From: Vicugna vicugna
Taxonomy: Eukaryota
DNA: 64,000 bases
Assembly: GCA_013265495.1 (NCBI GenBank)
Contig: MU058423.1
Coordinates: 1,253,061 to 1,317,060, forward strand
Reading direction: 5' to 3'
A model generated the notes under the pieces. That model searched no databases. It was not told the origin of the DNA and saw nothing but the letters and a program-made list of their open reading frames with translations. This document shows positions 1 to 14,034 of this stretch, one piece after another. A program made the position numbers and the translations under genes. Numbering within the stretch: the first letter of the stretch is position 1; each line of letters starts with the position of its first letter.

Positions 1-1112
1 ATTGCTATCTCCTCCAAAAAGTTTTCCTGGGTGCCTAATCTACAGTGATTTCTCTTTTAATCCCCTAGTATTTACCTGTGCACCTATCCCAATTTTTATG
101 TCCTGATCATTGCATAAGCACTGGAAAAACAGCCCAATGTGCAGGAGCAGAGAGAGAGGTAAGAGCTTGGCATGTCTGGGGACTGGCAGACAGTGGTCAC
201 ATGGGACCGCAGCCCTTATGTGGGTTATATTTATAAAACAGTTTCTAGACCTCTCTTCCCATTTAACTATTTCTCGTGATGTCATCACTGGTCACATATC
301 ATTAATTTATTCATAAAAATTAATTAAAATCTCATGTGTAAATAAAAGCTTTCCTTATTCCTGATGTCTTTTTTCCTTTCCTCTGTCTGCCCTCCCACTG
401 CCCGTGAAGAGATAATTACAGCACTTTGTAGCTCTGATCGTGCTTACACAGTGCATTTTATTTTACCCATTTTGTACGTGTGTGCCTCCCTAACTGGATT
501 ATGACCTCCTAGAGGGAAGAGACTACTATTTTTCTCTTTAAATCCCCAGATCTTAGATGTCTTGCAGATAACAAGTGCTTAGCAAATATCTGTTGCACTA
601 CCAAATTAATGTTAATACAAGGGAGATAAATGCCGTTACAGTGAAATCTGCCTGAGAGAGTCATTGCTGTTATGGACAAAGCTACTCATTTGTGATACTT
701 GTGGCACTGGAGATGTGAGTTTTTGAAACACATGCTATAGCAACCACATTTCCTTACCTTCTGCACAGAGTTTGCCCTGATTCTCTCAAGGAAGGACAGA
801 AGACTTTCTTTCCAGCCCAGTGGGAGTCACAGAAGATAACACACTCCCTGGAGATACCCAGGAGGCCACATTAGTGGGGACATATGGATATTTACTTGAC
901 ATCATGGGTCTCCACTGATACCATTTCTTGCTCTTAAATTGTAAGAAAATGGCTTTATTCCTTTGATAACTATGTAAGTTTAAAAAGCTAAAGCTCTAAT
1001 CTGTTCTTAGAAACAATAATTAGTATGTATATGTAAACTTAAAAAAAAAAAAAAAGAAAAAGGAAAAGAAAATGCCTCCAGGATCTTGATGGCTCAAAAT
1101 CTCTTGTTCCAG

Positions 1113-2383
1113 GCTCCTTGATTTCATCAGCGTGATGACCTATGACTTCCATAGTGGCTGGGACACATGTACAGGACACAGTAGTCCCCTGCACGCAAGA
1201 TCCAAGGATCAAGGTGACATGAACTATCTCAATTGTATAAGAAAGAAAAGACTCAAGTCATATGCAGAGGGGAGATGGGAAGGGATTGGGGAGAGCCTTG
1301 GCTGTTGGGAAAGGGGCTTTCTCTTTAGGGGACAACTAGCTAGACTTTGTTAATCATATGGAACAGACGCTGGTGAGGAATAATGACTGTGTTGCCTTCT
1401 TCAGGAATACGCCATGAAGTACTGGAGAGACAATGGGGTCCCTTCGGGGAAGCTCTCATGGGGTTCCCCTCCTATGGGAGGACTTTCCGGCTCAGCACTT
1501 CTGACACTAGAGTCCGTGCCCCAGTCTCTGGGGCAGGGTCATCTGGTCTTTACACGTGTGAGGCTGGCTTCTGGGCTTACTATGAGGTAAGCAGTGTGGC
1601 CAGTTCAGTCTAAAATACACTGTGGAAACTCTTCCAGTCTCCAAGTCATCTTGCTACCCTTATACTCCTGAGATCCTATATCCTGGCTCTCACAGCTCTG
1701 ACAGCTCTGAGCACAGCAGCCTGGGGAAAGGCAAGTTGATGGCTACGAAACATTTTTCACTTAAAAAAAGATCAATCTGAATTTCCTTTTTGGATTTTGA
1801 AGTGTATGGCATCAACTTTCCTACAGCCCAAAGCAATACTGAATTCTATTACTTTCATGTAAATAGATGGAGAAAGATTTCAACAGACTAGCCTGAGGAT
1901 GATAAATAATTTGATCTCCTTTCCAACCTGAATTGATTGAATTTACTCAAATTCTACGCTGAAAATACAAAGAATGATTAGCAGTATTTGCCAAAGATGT
2001 GTTTGGGGAAGAATGACCTCAGCAGGCTTACCATTTCTCAACTAAGCTCTCAGTAAAGAATTAGAATTTCGCTTGTTTGTACCTGGGTTCATAGAAATTT
2101 GTGTCTTCATTTTATGAAACAAAATCACTTTCGAGAGAAATACGTGAAATTTATGTAGATATTCCACAATGTCCCCTTTTTCCTCCTTCTCCCATTTCTT
2201 ATATTTCTCCTATTAATTCCTTTCTCCTCCACTTCCTGATAATCTGTGACATGCTTAATGTTGCCTACTTCAGTCCCCCAATAGGTCTGCACATTCTTAA
2301 ATGAAGACCAAAACATCTCACATGCGTATAAAAAAAAAACTGAGTGGGTTGGCTATGACAACATTAAGAGGTATGAATATGAG
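1113..2383 (+). pseudogene. GH18 chitinase-like (CHIA-family) pseudogene remnant, three exons equivalent to CHIA coding exons 7-9; position and orientation match human CHIAP3
   Basis: Exon 1113-1236 encodes LLDFISVMTYDFHSGWDTCTGHSSPLH...YLNC, with the donor changed GT>AT at 1237. Exon 1405-1586 (182 nt) encodes EYAMKYWRDNGVP..KL/MGFPSYGRTF...AGFWAYYE with a 1-nt frameshift near 1455. Exon 2285-2383 encodes VCTFLN...EWVGYDNIK with an internal deletion. No exon 10/11 equivalent recognised. Confidence 0.85.
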
Positions 2384-2697
2384 GTATAAACAGTGTAAAA
2401 AAATACAATTCTAGCTTTGAAGCCTAAGTTCATCAGGAGCCCATTTTACTAGATTTGTTGTTTCACGGTTTTACATATACAGAAAAGAGGGGTTTTACAT
2501 ATGCACAAAGGACCAGGCCAGTGCCTAGATAGGTACTTTGAGTGTGGCTGCTATGAATTCTGGCATGTACACACCTAGAGTAACTTGCCAGTCTTCAGAA
2601 CATCATGCAAACTGTGTTGGGGGAGGAGATTCAATCCATAGCCTCCCTGGGGAGTCCTTCTCTCCTTCAGTCCAGGCCAAAGGAGCCAGTAGATGAG

Positions 2698-2703
2698 TTT
2701 ATT
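2698..2703 (-). terminator. Candidate polyadenylation signal (AATAAA) for PIFO copy A
   Basis: tttatt on + strand, ~660 nt downstream of the copy A stop codon. Usage not verifiable from sequence. Confidence 0.35.
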
Positions 2704-3366
2704 TTGACTCCTGCTGTATCCCCAGTGCTTCCCACTCTGCCTGACACATAATAGAAACTCAATATGTATGATGATTGACAGACTTAATAGATGATGTAAT
2801 GGGAAAGAGGGGGTGTGATTCTGTAAGATTTACATGAATCTGCAAAAGGCAATCAAATCAGGGCCTTCCCACTCTGCACCAGGGAACTCAGACACTTGGA
2901 AGAACTCCTAAAATATAAATGTTAACTCTGCCTTTAAGTATCCTCTGAACTTGCCTAGCAAGTTCAAATACAAGCCCAAGCAAGCCATCCAAATCCTTGA
3001 TACATATAGACCAACAGACTCCTATTACCAGGGCTATTGGTAGAATACATGAAACTGGTGTCTGGGAATTAGCGCAGGACGGCAAGGACCCACCAGTATG
3101 CCAGCAAAGTGGAGCTACCCCATTGAACACTCAGTAGGGACCCCCAGACCCATCTGCATGTGTGTATGACAAAGCAGCACATGGAGAGAGAGCACTCTGA
3201 ACCAGTCTTTATGCTGTCATATAGTGGTTATGAGCCCCTTGCTCCTCCCTGGACCTCATGCTGGCAGGCAAGGGGGTCAGAGCAATGAAGAAGGAGAAGA
3301 GCAGCTCTGTCCTCAGTCCTGGAGACTCCATGGTCAGGAGGAGCAAGTGAGGGTGGTCACAGCTTT

Positions 3367-6300
3367 TCAGTTGTAATACAGGCTTAGGTAGGCCACACGG
3401 CTCCGATGCTTCCTAAAGTCTTTGTCTGTGGACAGCTGCAATGAAGGAATAAGGTCTAGGTCAGTGTTCTAATGAGAGCCCTTTGCTTCTGGTCTTCCTG
3501 GCTGTGCAAAATACAGCTGCACCCTATAGCTGCTGGGGCCCAGCTGAGCCCCACCCCCACAGTAGCCCAGCCTTAGTGATTCTCTCAGCTCTGGCGTGTA
3601 TGTCTGCTTCCTGTCATCTTACTCTGGTGCGTATCATGCTAGAAATTATTTTCTCCTTAGTAAATCTCCAAGTATGGCTGTTAAATTTCATGAAAACAAA
3701 GATTATATGTTTAATTCTTAACCATTACCCATAGGCCCTAGCATAATAATATTAATACATCAGGCATTTAATAAATACTTGTAGAATTAATGCAGAGTTC
3801 TACCAGGGAAAAACAAGGCACTTCTGGAATTATGACAGCTGACATGGGTTGAACATTTGTGATGTTACAGGTATTGTGCTAAATGCTTTTCTACATTATC
3901 TCAATCTTTACAACCTTATCAAATTGAGTCTAGTATTAACCCATTTTAAGATAAACAAACTGGGCTTAGAAAAGTTAGAGGACTTGCACAAGATCACACA
4001 GCAAGCAAATATGGAGCTAGTGTTTGAACCCAGGCAGCCTATCCCGCAATCCAGGTTCTTGCCAGAAGGAGCTATAGCTCCTTGACGATCTAATACTCAA
4101 GTGGTGTGATGGCTGAGGAGTCACAGGATCTGGATTCTAGCTGAGCAATGTCCACAAGTCACTCAATCCACCTGAGCCTCAGTTTCCTCCTCAATCATAA
4201 GGGGATGATTATTTCGAATTACCATGGAAGATTATTTGAGGATTAACTAAGAAAATCTGACTTGTTCAGTCACACACACCTTTAAACATTGAGTGAAACT
4301 GTGTAACTCTCCAAAAAGATCCCCATGTGCAAATATACACAAAATTGTGCATGTAATTTCAGGAGAACAAGGACTTCTTGAAGGTTATTCACAGACTGCT
4401 GGTTAAGAATCACTGATGCACATGAAAGTATTAGGTAGAATGCCCTACACAAGTCCAATCTTACTACCTCAGCTTTCAGGGTTCTTTTCTGTAGACATGG
4501 AATCTGAGCCCAGTCTGGAGATCCAAATCTCATTGGCCAGGTGATTTTCTGGGGTTCCTTTGTTTCTGGGTTGTATGTGCCAGGGCTAGAAATAAAAATA
4601 CAAAATATTATGTCGAAAGAGTTAGTGACCATATACGAACTTCATCAGTACCACATGCACACCTGAACTAGTCCTCACGCCTTTGGAAAAGGTAACAAAC
4701 TGATTAGATTTTTAATGTCAGGCAAGCATAGGGTTCCTGTGCCTATTAATGTACTTCTAAGCAGGTGTTAGTGTTCAAGATACCTAGCCTTGACATGCAG
4801 TGATGGTAAAAACTGACTCTAGTTTAAACTATTCCTGCAACCTCAGTATTCTTAGCTGAGAGACCAAAAGAGCCCAGAAATGGTGGTTATTAAAAAGAGA
4901 GCTACCACATAATTGCCTTTGTTCATAACACCTTTTGTTGTAGACTCTTTGCTGTGGTGGAAATAACATGTAGGGTGAACATGGGGATCAAGGTTCAACA
5001 CTTCTACTTCCTTACTGCAACCATGAGAATGTTACACTCACTCTCTGATCCTTGGATTTCTTACCAGTAAAAGAAAGACCTTGACCCCGTGCCCTGCAAT
5101 TCCATACATTCTGATGGCTTCCTAAGGCACTTAGAATGTCTCCCATGGTCTACAAGACCTACATACTCTAGCCCTGCCCCTCCTCCTCTGTTATCACTTC
5201 CTCTTTGCTCACTACATTCTCTAGCCATACTGACCTTCTTCCTGACACCAAATTCCTTCCCAACATGCAGACTTTGCACATGCTGTTCCTCCTGCCTGGG
5301 CAGCTCTGGGCCCAGATCTTCACAAGCTCAGTCTTGTCATTGCGATTTCAGATCAAGTGTCATTTCCCCAGAAAGACCTATCTTGACAATCCTTGCTAAA
5401 GTAGATTTCAGTCCATCACTCCGTATCATATCATCATCCTGTTTGATTTTCTTCAGCCCATCACCAGGTCACCATACTTCCTGGTGTACCCATGACAGCC
5501 CCAGCTTATGGTTAAACTATCTTGGTATAATTATTAACAAGTCCCCTTTTCACTCTCCGAAGTGTCACAGTCTAACTAATAAGTACTCTCCTTATTACTA
5601 TTGATATTTTCTTGTTTATTGGCTTCTCATCTCTCTGGACTCTCAGATGTAAGCTCCAAGAAATCAGGAGCCTTGTGTGATGGATTTAATGCAAAATTCC
5701 TGAAATCTACAAAACTGCCTGCTCATTTATAAATATTTATTGAATGACTCACTACAATTTACAATTTTATGATTCTAGAGACCTGGATGGCAAGAGTTTG
5801 AAACTTTAAAGATGAGTGATTTCTTATCTAGCAGGTATGGTTGGGATGTAACCCCTTCTTGTATCTCCCTTCCTATTGTTCTTCTCTGAAGTGCACCAGA
5901 AAAGGGACACGTACCCAGGATAACAAGGGTCCTTTGAGTATGTCCTAAATCGAGGTGACAAGGCATTAAATGGAGCTAAATTTCGTTTGTCTTTTTGTCC
6001 CCAAGGATTGACTGTCTGGTACATGCCTGGGTAAGATGTCATAGCCTGTTTCCAAGAAAAAGGTGAATATGTTAGAGAATGACTTATATACATATAAAGC
6101 ATTATAAGTAGAAAAAAAGAATCATCCTTTTCCTGTTCATGTATTAGCTATGTTTTAATCACCTCAAGCTATAGAAACAGGCAAACCCAAAGAAGGATTC
6201 AGGTTCAGCTTTAGGTTCAGCTACCTAAAGATACCTAATGCTTAGGTTGTAGAAATAAACCAATGGTGGGTACAGAGCCAAGGTGACTTGCTGCACCTAC

Positions 6301-7911
6301 TACCCCCACCATCCCACCAACCCACTCAGAGATTCTTTTAAAGCCAGTATCCCTCTCCTTCAGCTTAAGTGTCAGGAAAATGTCCAACTAGAGATTAGGA
6401 TCTTATACTGAGGACCTGAAATCCAATCTCACAAAAGGGTGAAGAAGTTGGAATTTGTTTTTTAACTGACAAGATGATATGACGCGTATTAATAAAGCCT
6501 CCAGTACTTTAACATCAACTATCTCAGGACTGAAGCCCTTGCCTTGGTATCATTTCTTCTGAGAACTGTTTTTCACTCTCCCAGAACACTCTCTCACACA
6601 CACACATATTTGCAATGCTGACACCTCAGCTTTTCAGATAGGGTTCTTTGCAGCTTTTTCTCAAATGTCTATTTTTCTTGAATTTCAGGGCATATTTTTT
6701 AGGTAACCTCCAGCTTTGCTCTCCAATGCAAAAACATGCAGCAACACAGATCACACTAAAATCTAAGCACATTCAGTCATTTCTAACCTTATTGATTGGC
6801 TTAAACCTCATGGCTGTTCTGGCTCCAAAAGCATATCCTTTTTTACTGGTTGGGATCTTAGAGAGGTTGTATGCCAAACCATGTAGCTGCAGGGAGTACA
6901 TAGAAAACAAAGAAAGCAAAAACACACATAGAGAACATTATAGTTATTAAAACAGAGTGAACTTAAGAGTATTCCTGAACCTCTTCTGCAAAAATTGCTC
7001 TTTCTTTCTCAACTCCTCTGAACCAAGACCATACAATTACATAAGTAACACAGGTAACTCTACAAAGGAATGTGGCTGGATAGGCAGAATAAAAGCCATT
7101 TCTGTGCATTCCAGTGAATCCAGTCCTCTGAGCCCCATGGTGCTTAAGTCTGCTCTAATGCAACTGTCAGTCTGATTATATGATTTCATAAACTAACCTC
7201 CCAACACAGCCACAGTCCAAGTTTGGACTAAGGGGATACATTGATTTACAGGACTTTGGAGGTGGAAATGAGTGGGGACTACACTGGAGAATTTATGAGG
7301 CCAAGGCTTGCATTTGGGGGGGATGTAAAAGGGGAGGAATGGCCCCATATTTTCTGATATTGGCCCTGACAGCTGATTGCAGAGGACCAGAGCACTTTCT
7401 CATGTTGAGGCCCTGGAGGTCACAAATTCGTTAGGATTTTTCTTCCAGGAAACTTGGGTATCCTTAGATAGTTGGGGGAACTGAGACCCGCCTAAGGGAA
7501 AGTGAATACTCACATCTTCTGTTATGTAACATCCAGGCCCTCGGTGGGGCACTCCCCTAAGAGGGAGAAACTTGTTCCCCAGCAAGCTTGGGGGATGGAA
7601 GTGAGGAAAGAGCTTCCTCTGCTGACGTGTTCCAAAGGAGTAGTTAACCAGCGGCTCTGAGAATCAAGAAGAAGGAGAAATTCCACATGAGGGAAGGCTC
7701 CTTGGTCTACGTGAGCACTTGGGGGCAAGTTGTGAGTAGGGAGTCAGAGTAGAGAACTGGGCAAAGGAGTTCTTAACAAAAACCTGACCAACTTCAAACA
7801 GCGGTTGAACCCCTCTTCCCGCCTTTCCTCCTGGGTCTTTCCCTACCTCCCTCTTTTCTTCCTGCCTCTGCTCTTGAGTCAGGTCTCCTTACCTGCTTTG
7901 TTGAAGCACAT
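3367..7911 (-). CDS. PIFO: Pitchfork / ciliary microtubule-associated protein 3, copy A (192 aa)
   Basis: Coding exons 7911-7893, 7656-7514, 6886-6788, 6045-5915, 4585-4468, 3435-3367; all GT-AG, 579 nt, no stops. Translation [50 protein letters not shown]...[46 protein letters not shown] matches recalled human PIFO/CIMAP3. Synteny next to CHIA agrees. Confidence 0.93.
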
Positions 7912-7948
7912 CACGCCAGTGCCGCTTCGGCCAGCGTTTGTGTACCGT

Positions 7949-8028
7949 GTTGCCTAGGAAACAGAGTCTGGCCGGCAGCCTCCGCGCAGGTACTCATGGA
8001 GGGGCGTGGCTCCCGGTGCGCCTGCGCA
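7949..8028 (-). promoter_or_regulatory. PIFO copy A proximal promoter: RFX X-box, KLF/SP GC-box, NRF1 site
   Basis: GTTGCCTAGGAAAC 7949-7962 (X-box, typical of ciliary genes), GGGGCGTGGC 8001-8010, TGCGCCTGCGCA 8017-8028; locally CpG-rich and just upstream of the ATG. Confidence 0.75.
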
Positions 8029-10554
8029 GCTCGCAGCTCGTGAGGCTTTCTGGGAGCAACACTGGGCGGGAACCTGCACTTCCTGGGCCAGGAGAGTGTG
8101 AGCTCTGAAAGAGAGACGGGGTGTAGAGGATTTCCTGGACCCGCGACTGTAAGGGCTGCGGGAGTAAGGGGTGAGCAAAAGGGCTTTGGAAACTGGGCGA
8201 GTAGTAACGTACTGTCTAGGAATGAAGGACACAGGGCTGAAATCTGGGTTACTAGGTTCAGGGGCTTAGGAAAATACAGCCACTTAAGTGATGGCCTTTG
8301 GGGTTGGGCTCCCTGGGCAATACCCAGAGTAGGGGAGTTGGGGACTGAATGGAGCCAGTTCTGTATTAATCCCCTCTTAGGCCTATTTTTTTTTTCTTTT
8401 TCCTCAAGCCATTCTCATGAGGTTACCTTCTACCCTTAACTGGGACTCCAGGCTTTAAAAGGGCTGGAAGCCTTGAGTGGAGCAGTTAGAGTGCAGCAGA
8501 ATGACAGAAGATCTTAATAGTTTGAAAATCTTTGAAAGTCACTTAAATGTTTAAGTCTCATTTCCTCATCTCCAAACTGGGAAAAAAGTAGTTCCTGCTT
8601 ATAGGGTTGTTGAGAGGTTTAAGATAACAGGATTAAAACAATTCATTGCCTAGTACTTGGTAGGTGACAATACAAGAGATTATTATTACTGAAGATAATA
8701 TCTCACCAGCTCAGGAGCACTCCCATCCTAACCCAAGAAGACATGCCAGGGTGTATGATGACTTCTTTACCTTTGCCTAGACAGTAACTTGTTTTCACTT
8801 GATTTTAGGATAGCTTTAGGAGTTGTCAGGTGTGGGAGGTAACAGAATGCACAGTGTGACTGGTTCAGTTCTACTCTTTGGCCTCTAAGAATGTACCTGG
8901 GATTCATACATACCGGACCTAGCACTGTCTACAGGGATGATATTATATAGTTAATGTGAGGTTCCAAAAGAGGTGATACTGAGTCCTAGAGGATATTTTG
9001 GAAACTTGTGGAAGCATTTTGCTTGTTAAAAATTTGGGAGGAGACGCTCCTGGTCAATGGGCCAGGGAGGCTGGATACATGTAGCTCATTGCCCAGTTAC
9101 ACAGTGAATCATCTCATGTCCTGCATAATATTCAAACGTCCTGCTGGAATCTACAAACATAATTGATTGTACCTGACTTATATATAGCAACATTGGAAAC
9201 ATTTTTTTTCCACAAGAAATAATGCATAAAGCCTAGTAATATAGGAGAAGGTCTTATGAGAAAAAAAACTTAACTGGAATAAAGATATGGTCTCAAGATA
9301 ATTGTATAATGTACTCTAAACCTTCTGTTTCCTCACAATGTAATTGCAGTAATACAATGGTAAATGAAATGTAAAGAAATATGGTATGAACTTGATAATT
9401 TTCACTTTCATTAATATTTTAGGTAACATTACTATTTGTAGGTACCCACAGTGTTTTTTGAAATTACTGTTTAAATTATTAGTGACATGAAATATATCTT
9501 ACAAAGTACTTTAAAAATATGGCAACACATTTCCTCATTAGAAGACTGGTTTGCTTCAGGTTAATCCTCCAGCCGAGAAGAGGAAGGAAATCTGGACTAA
9601 ATAAAATATATGTTTGAAGATCTCAGAGATACACCAAGGAAGTAAGAATATGCAGCGTTAAGTTCCCTGAGAGGGGAGATGCCCTTAGTGGTGAGTCCAA
9701 CAGCTGATGCTGCTCTTCCCCTTAAAATATGCTAATTAAGAAGCTGGCTCAGAAGCAGAGGTTTGAGCAGACAGTCTCTGAGAGCTGGGGAATAAAAATT
9801 AGGCTGGCCATGGAAGAGGGGGATACTGGCAAATACTGGAAAACACCCTGTGCTTTTAGTTGGGACCCTAAAGAGATAATCCCTAGGAGTAAGGGTAAAT
9901 AAGAAATACACTAGTTCTCAGAAAATCCTGAAATTCAGCTTTGTATCAATTCAGTTTTCGATTGCATTAAAGTGATCTGTTTCTACCTTATTGCATATCA
10001 GAAAATTTTGGAGGTGATTGCTTAGTATAGAGGAATAGTTAGACAAAGCTTTATATGGGGCCACTTTTAATGAAGACCTTAAGTAAAGAATTCAGGGTGT
10101 ACATTTCTCACCATGGTTATAGAATCATGGATATGGAGACTGTTATCGATTTATGAGACAATTGTCTGCTTTTCTTATTTAACTATATATGGGGTCATTG
10201 TAAGAATTATGATTCAGGAAACCACTTGCTCTATTGCAGTGGCCTAATTGAAAGGGGATAAACAAATTCAACATTTGGTATAATGTTTTAAATATGTTTT
10301 TGTCTCATTTAAAAATAATTGGATTTAATAATAATATAGCAATTCAGCAAATGGTAAAAGCCGATAGTTATATTCAAGAAACTAAATGAAAAGATGGAGA
10401 ATTTTAGAAGCATTAAAAAAGAATTGAATACAAATTGTATAAATTAAAAGACCCATCACTGAAAGTAATAACTCAATGCATGAGGAACAGAAAATAATAA
10501 AATCTAAAAATAAATGAATGAAATGGAATATGAATCAGAAGAATGTTCACAGGC

Positions 10555-11510
10555 AGGGGCTTCAAGACGGCAGAGTAGAAGGATGTGAAGCTCACTGTCT
10601 TCCACAAATAACATCAAAAATTCATCTACATGTGGAACAATCCTCACAGAATACCTACTGAACTCTGGTAGAAGATCTTATATAACTGGAACTACAAGAA
10701 AAATCTTCAAGTAACCAGGTAGGATAGAAAAACAAACAAACAAACAAACAAACAAACAAACAAACAAACAAACAGAATTGGATGGCACCTGTGCCCCAGG
10801 GAGGGAGTGGTGAAAGAGGAAAAATCCCCTCGCCCTGGGAAACCCCCTCACCAGCGGGAAAATCAGCTGGCACAGGAGGGAAGCTTCAGAAGCTTGGAAG
10901 AGAGTAGCAACCACTTTGTGGCAGACAGAACAGCGAGAAGCCAGCACGGAGGGTCTGTGCTGTCCCCAGCCTGAGACACAAGCCTGCGGGTGCATGCCTA
11001 GACTAGGTGCTAAAGCTGAAGCCTTTTCAGAGTACGGACTCAGGGAGAGGACTGGGGTTGACTGCGCAGAGACAGCATGAAGGGGATGGATTGTGATACA
11101 GGCTGAAACTGGGAGTGTGTGTAAAGGAGCCTGGGCGCACCACTGAAGCCCCACTGTTAATGTGCTCTCACAAAGGAAAGAGCAGAACCCCACCATAGCA
11201 GCTTCCTTCTCTGCAGGCTCACAGGGTGTGGTCCTGCCATTAAAGACCCGTTGTTAACATGCCCTCATGAAGGGAGGGGTGAAACCCTACCATAGCATTC
11301 TCCTTCTTGGCTTGCTCTGGGCAGGCACAATTGCTGGTGGGTTGCCCCCAAGTGGAGGCTGAAATCTGAGCCCATATCCAGGGGCTGTGGGACTTCAGAA
11401 GCCACTCTTAGGGCTGAAATTTGTTCCATGTTCCAGGTGGCTTTGGCAGATTTACACTACCAGTTCCTTTGTAAATTCAGTACCTGTGGGACTTCTGAGC
11501 AGAATACTGC
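10555..11510 (+). mobile_element. LINE-1 5'UTR segment
   Basis: Begins ggggcttcaagacggcagagtagaaggatgtgaagctcac..., closely similar to the L1 5' end at 18340; contains an (AAAC)n tract. Confidence 0.8.
10730..10774 (+). repeat. (AAAC)n microsatellite, about 11 units
   Basis: Direct reading. Confidence 0.95.
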
Positions 11511-11524
11511 TTTTATAGGAATAA

Positions 11525-12589
<1,065 letters not shown>

Positions 12590-12763
12590 GTAAGGCAGCA
12601 TGTCCAACTGTGTGTTGACTCGGGAACAGGGAGGATGAGAGGGAGGGCGAACCCCACAGTGCACGAGGCTCTGCTGCTCGGGCTCATCGGCACACGTGGG
12701 CACTGGATGAATTACAGTCACGGGGGTGCGGGGGGTAGGTTGGATGATCCCAAAGTGGTTTTC

Positions 12764-14020
12764 CAAAGAGACCCACACCAAGACATAATTAAAGTGTCAA
12801 ACGTTAAAAGAAATTCTTAAAAGAAGCAAGAGAAAACCAATTACATACAAGGGAACCCCCATAAGACAATGCACTGATTTTTCAGCAGAAAGCTTATAGG
12901 CCAGAAGGGAGTGGCATGGTGAAAGGAAAAAAAAAAAAGCATATAACCCAAAATACTCTACCTAGCAAATCTAGTATTCATAAGTGGAGGATAGAAAAGA
13001 GTTTCCCAGACAAATGTAAAAGAGATTTATCACCACGAAATTGGCCCCACAAGGAATGTTAAAGGGACTTCTTTCAATGGAAAAGAAAAGGTTACAACTA
13101 CAAGCAAAAAGTTATGAAAGAAAAAAATCTCACTGGTTAATGCAAACATAAAGTAAAGGCAGTGAATCAACCACCTGCAGCAAGTGTGAAGGTTAAAAGA
13201 CAAACGTAGTAAAATCATCTACATGTGAAATAATTAGTTAAGGATACACAAAAGAAAAAGATGTAAAATATGACATCAAAATGATACTGACACAAAAACA
13301 GACACAGATCAATGGACCAGAATGGAAAGCTGAAAAATAAATCCATGCTCATAGAGTCAATTAACCTATGACAAAGGAAGCAAGAATATATAATGGGAAA
13401 AAGAGAACATCCTCAACAAATGGTGCTGTGAAAACTGGACCACTGTCTGACAGCTGTATATGAAAGAATGAATTGGACCACTATTTTACAGCATATACAA
13501 AAATAAATTCAAAATGAATTAAACAGTTAAATGTAAGAATGTAAGACCTGAAATCACATAACTCCTAGAAGAAAGCATAAGCAGTCAGATCTTTGACTTA
13601 GATCTTAGCAATATTCTTTGGATCTGACTCCTCAGGCAAGGACAGCAAAAGGGGAAAATAAAGAAAAATAAATGGAACTATAGCAAATTAAAGAGCTTTT
13701 GCACAGGGAAGGAAACCAGCAACAAAACAAAAAGGCAACCTACTGAATGGGAGAAGACATTTGCAAATCATGTATCCAATAAGGTGCTAACATCTAGAAG
13801 AATAAAGAACTCATATAACTTAATGTCAAAAAACCAAGCAATTTGATTAAAAATGGGTGGAAGAACTGGATATGCATTTTTCCAGATAAAAACAAATATC
13901 TAACTAAATAAAGATGGCCATCAGACATGTGAAAAAAAGCTCAACATCACTAATCATCAGGGAAATGCAAACCAAAACCACAATGAGTTATCACCTCTCA
14001 CCTATCAGAATGGATATTAT
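12764..14020 (+). mobile_element. LINE-1 fragments (ORF1 C-terminus, inter-ORF, then 3' part of ORF2)
   Basis: ccaaagagacccacaccaagaca...aagggaacccccataagac (ORF1 end), then ORF2 3' motifs such as [28 protein letters not shown]. Confidence 0.85.
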
Positions 14021-14034
14021 CCACTATTTATGTC

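Larger units (their letters stand above)
3305..8445. repeat. Segmental duplication unit A (direct repeat of ~23030-28190)
   Basis: Collinear homology across PIFO exons, introns and embedded MIR/L2 fragments. Duplicated ORFs appear in the track (3483/23208, 5775/25612). Confidence 0.95.

Noticed and set aside
10655..11196. ORFs with CLFV repeats
   Set aside because: Antisense translation of the (AAAC)n tract in an L1 5'UTR.
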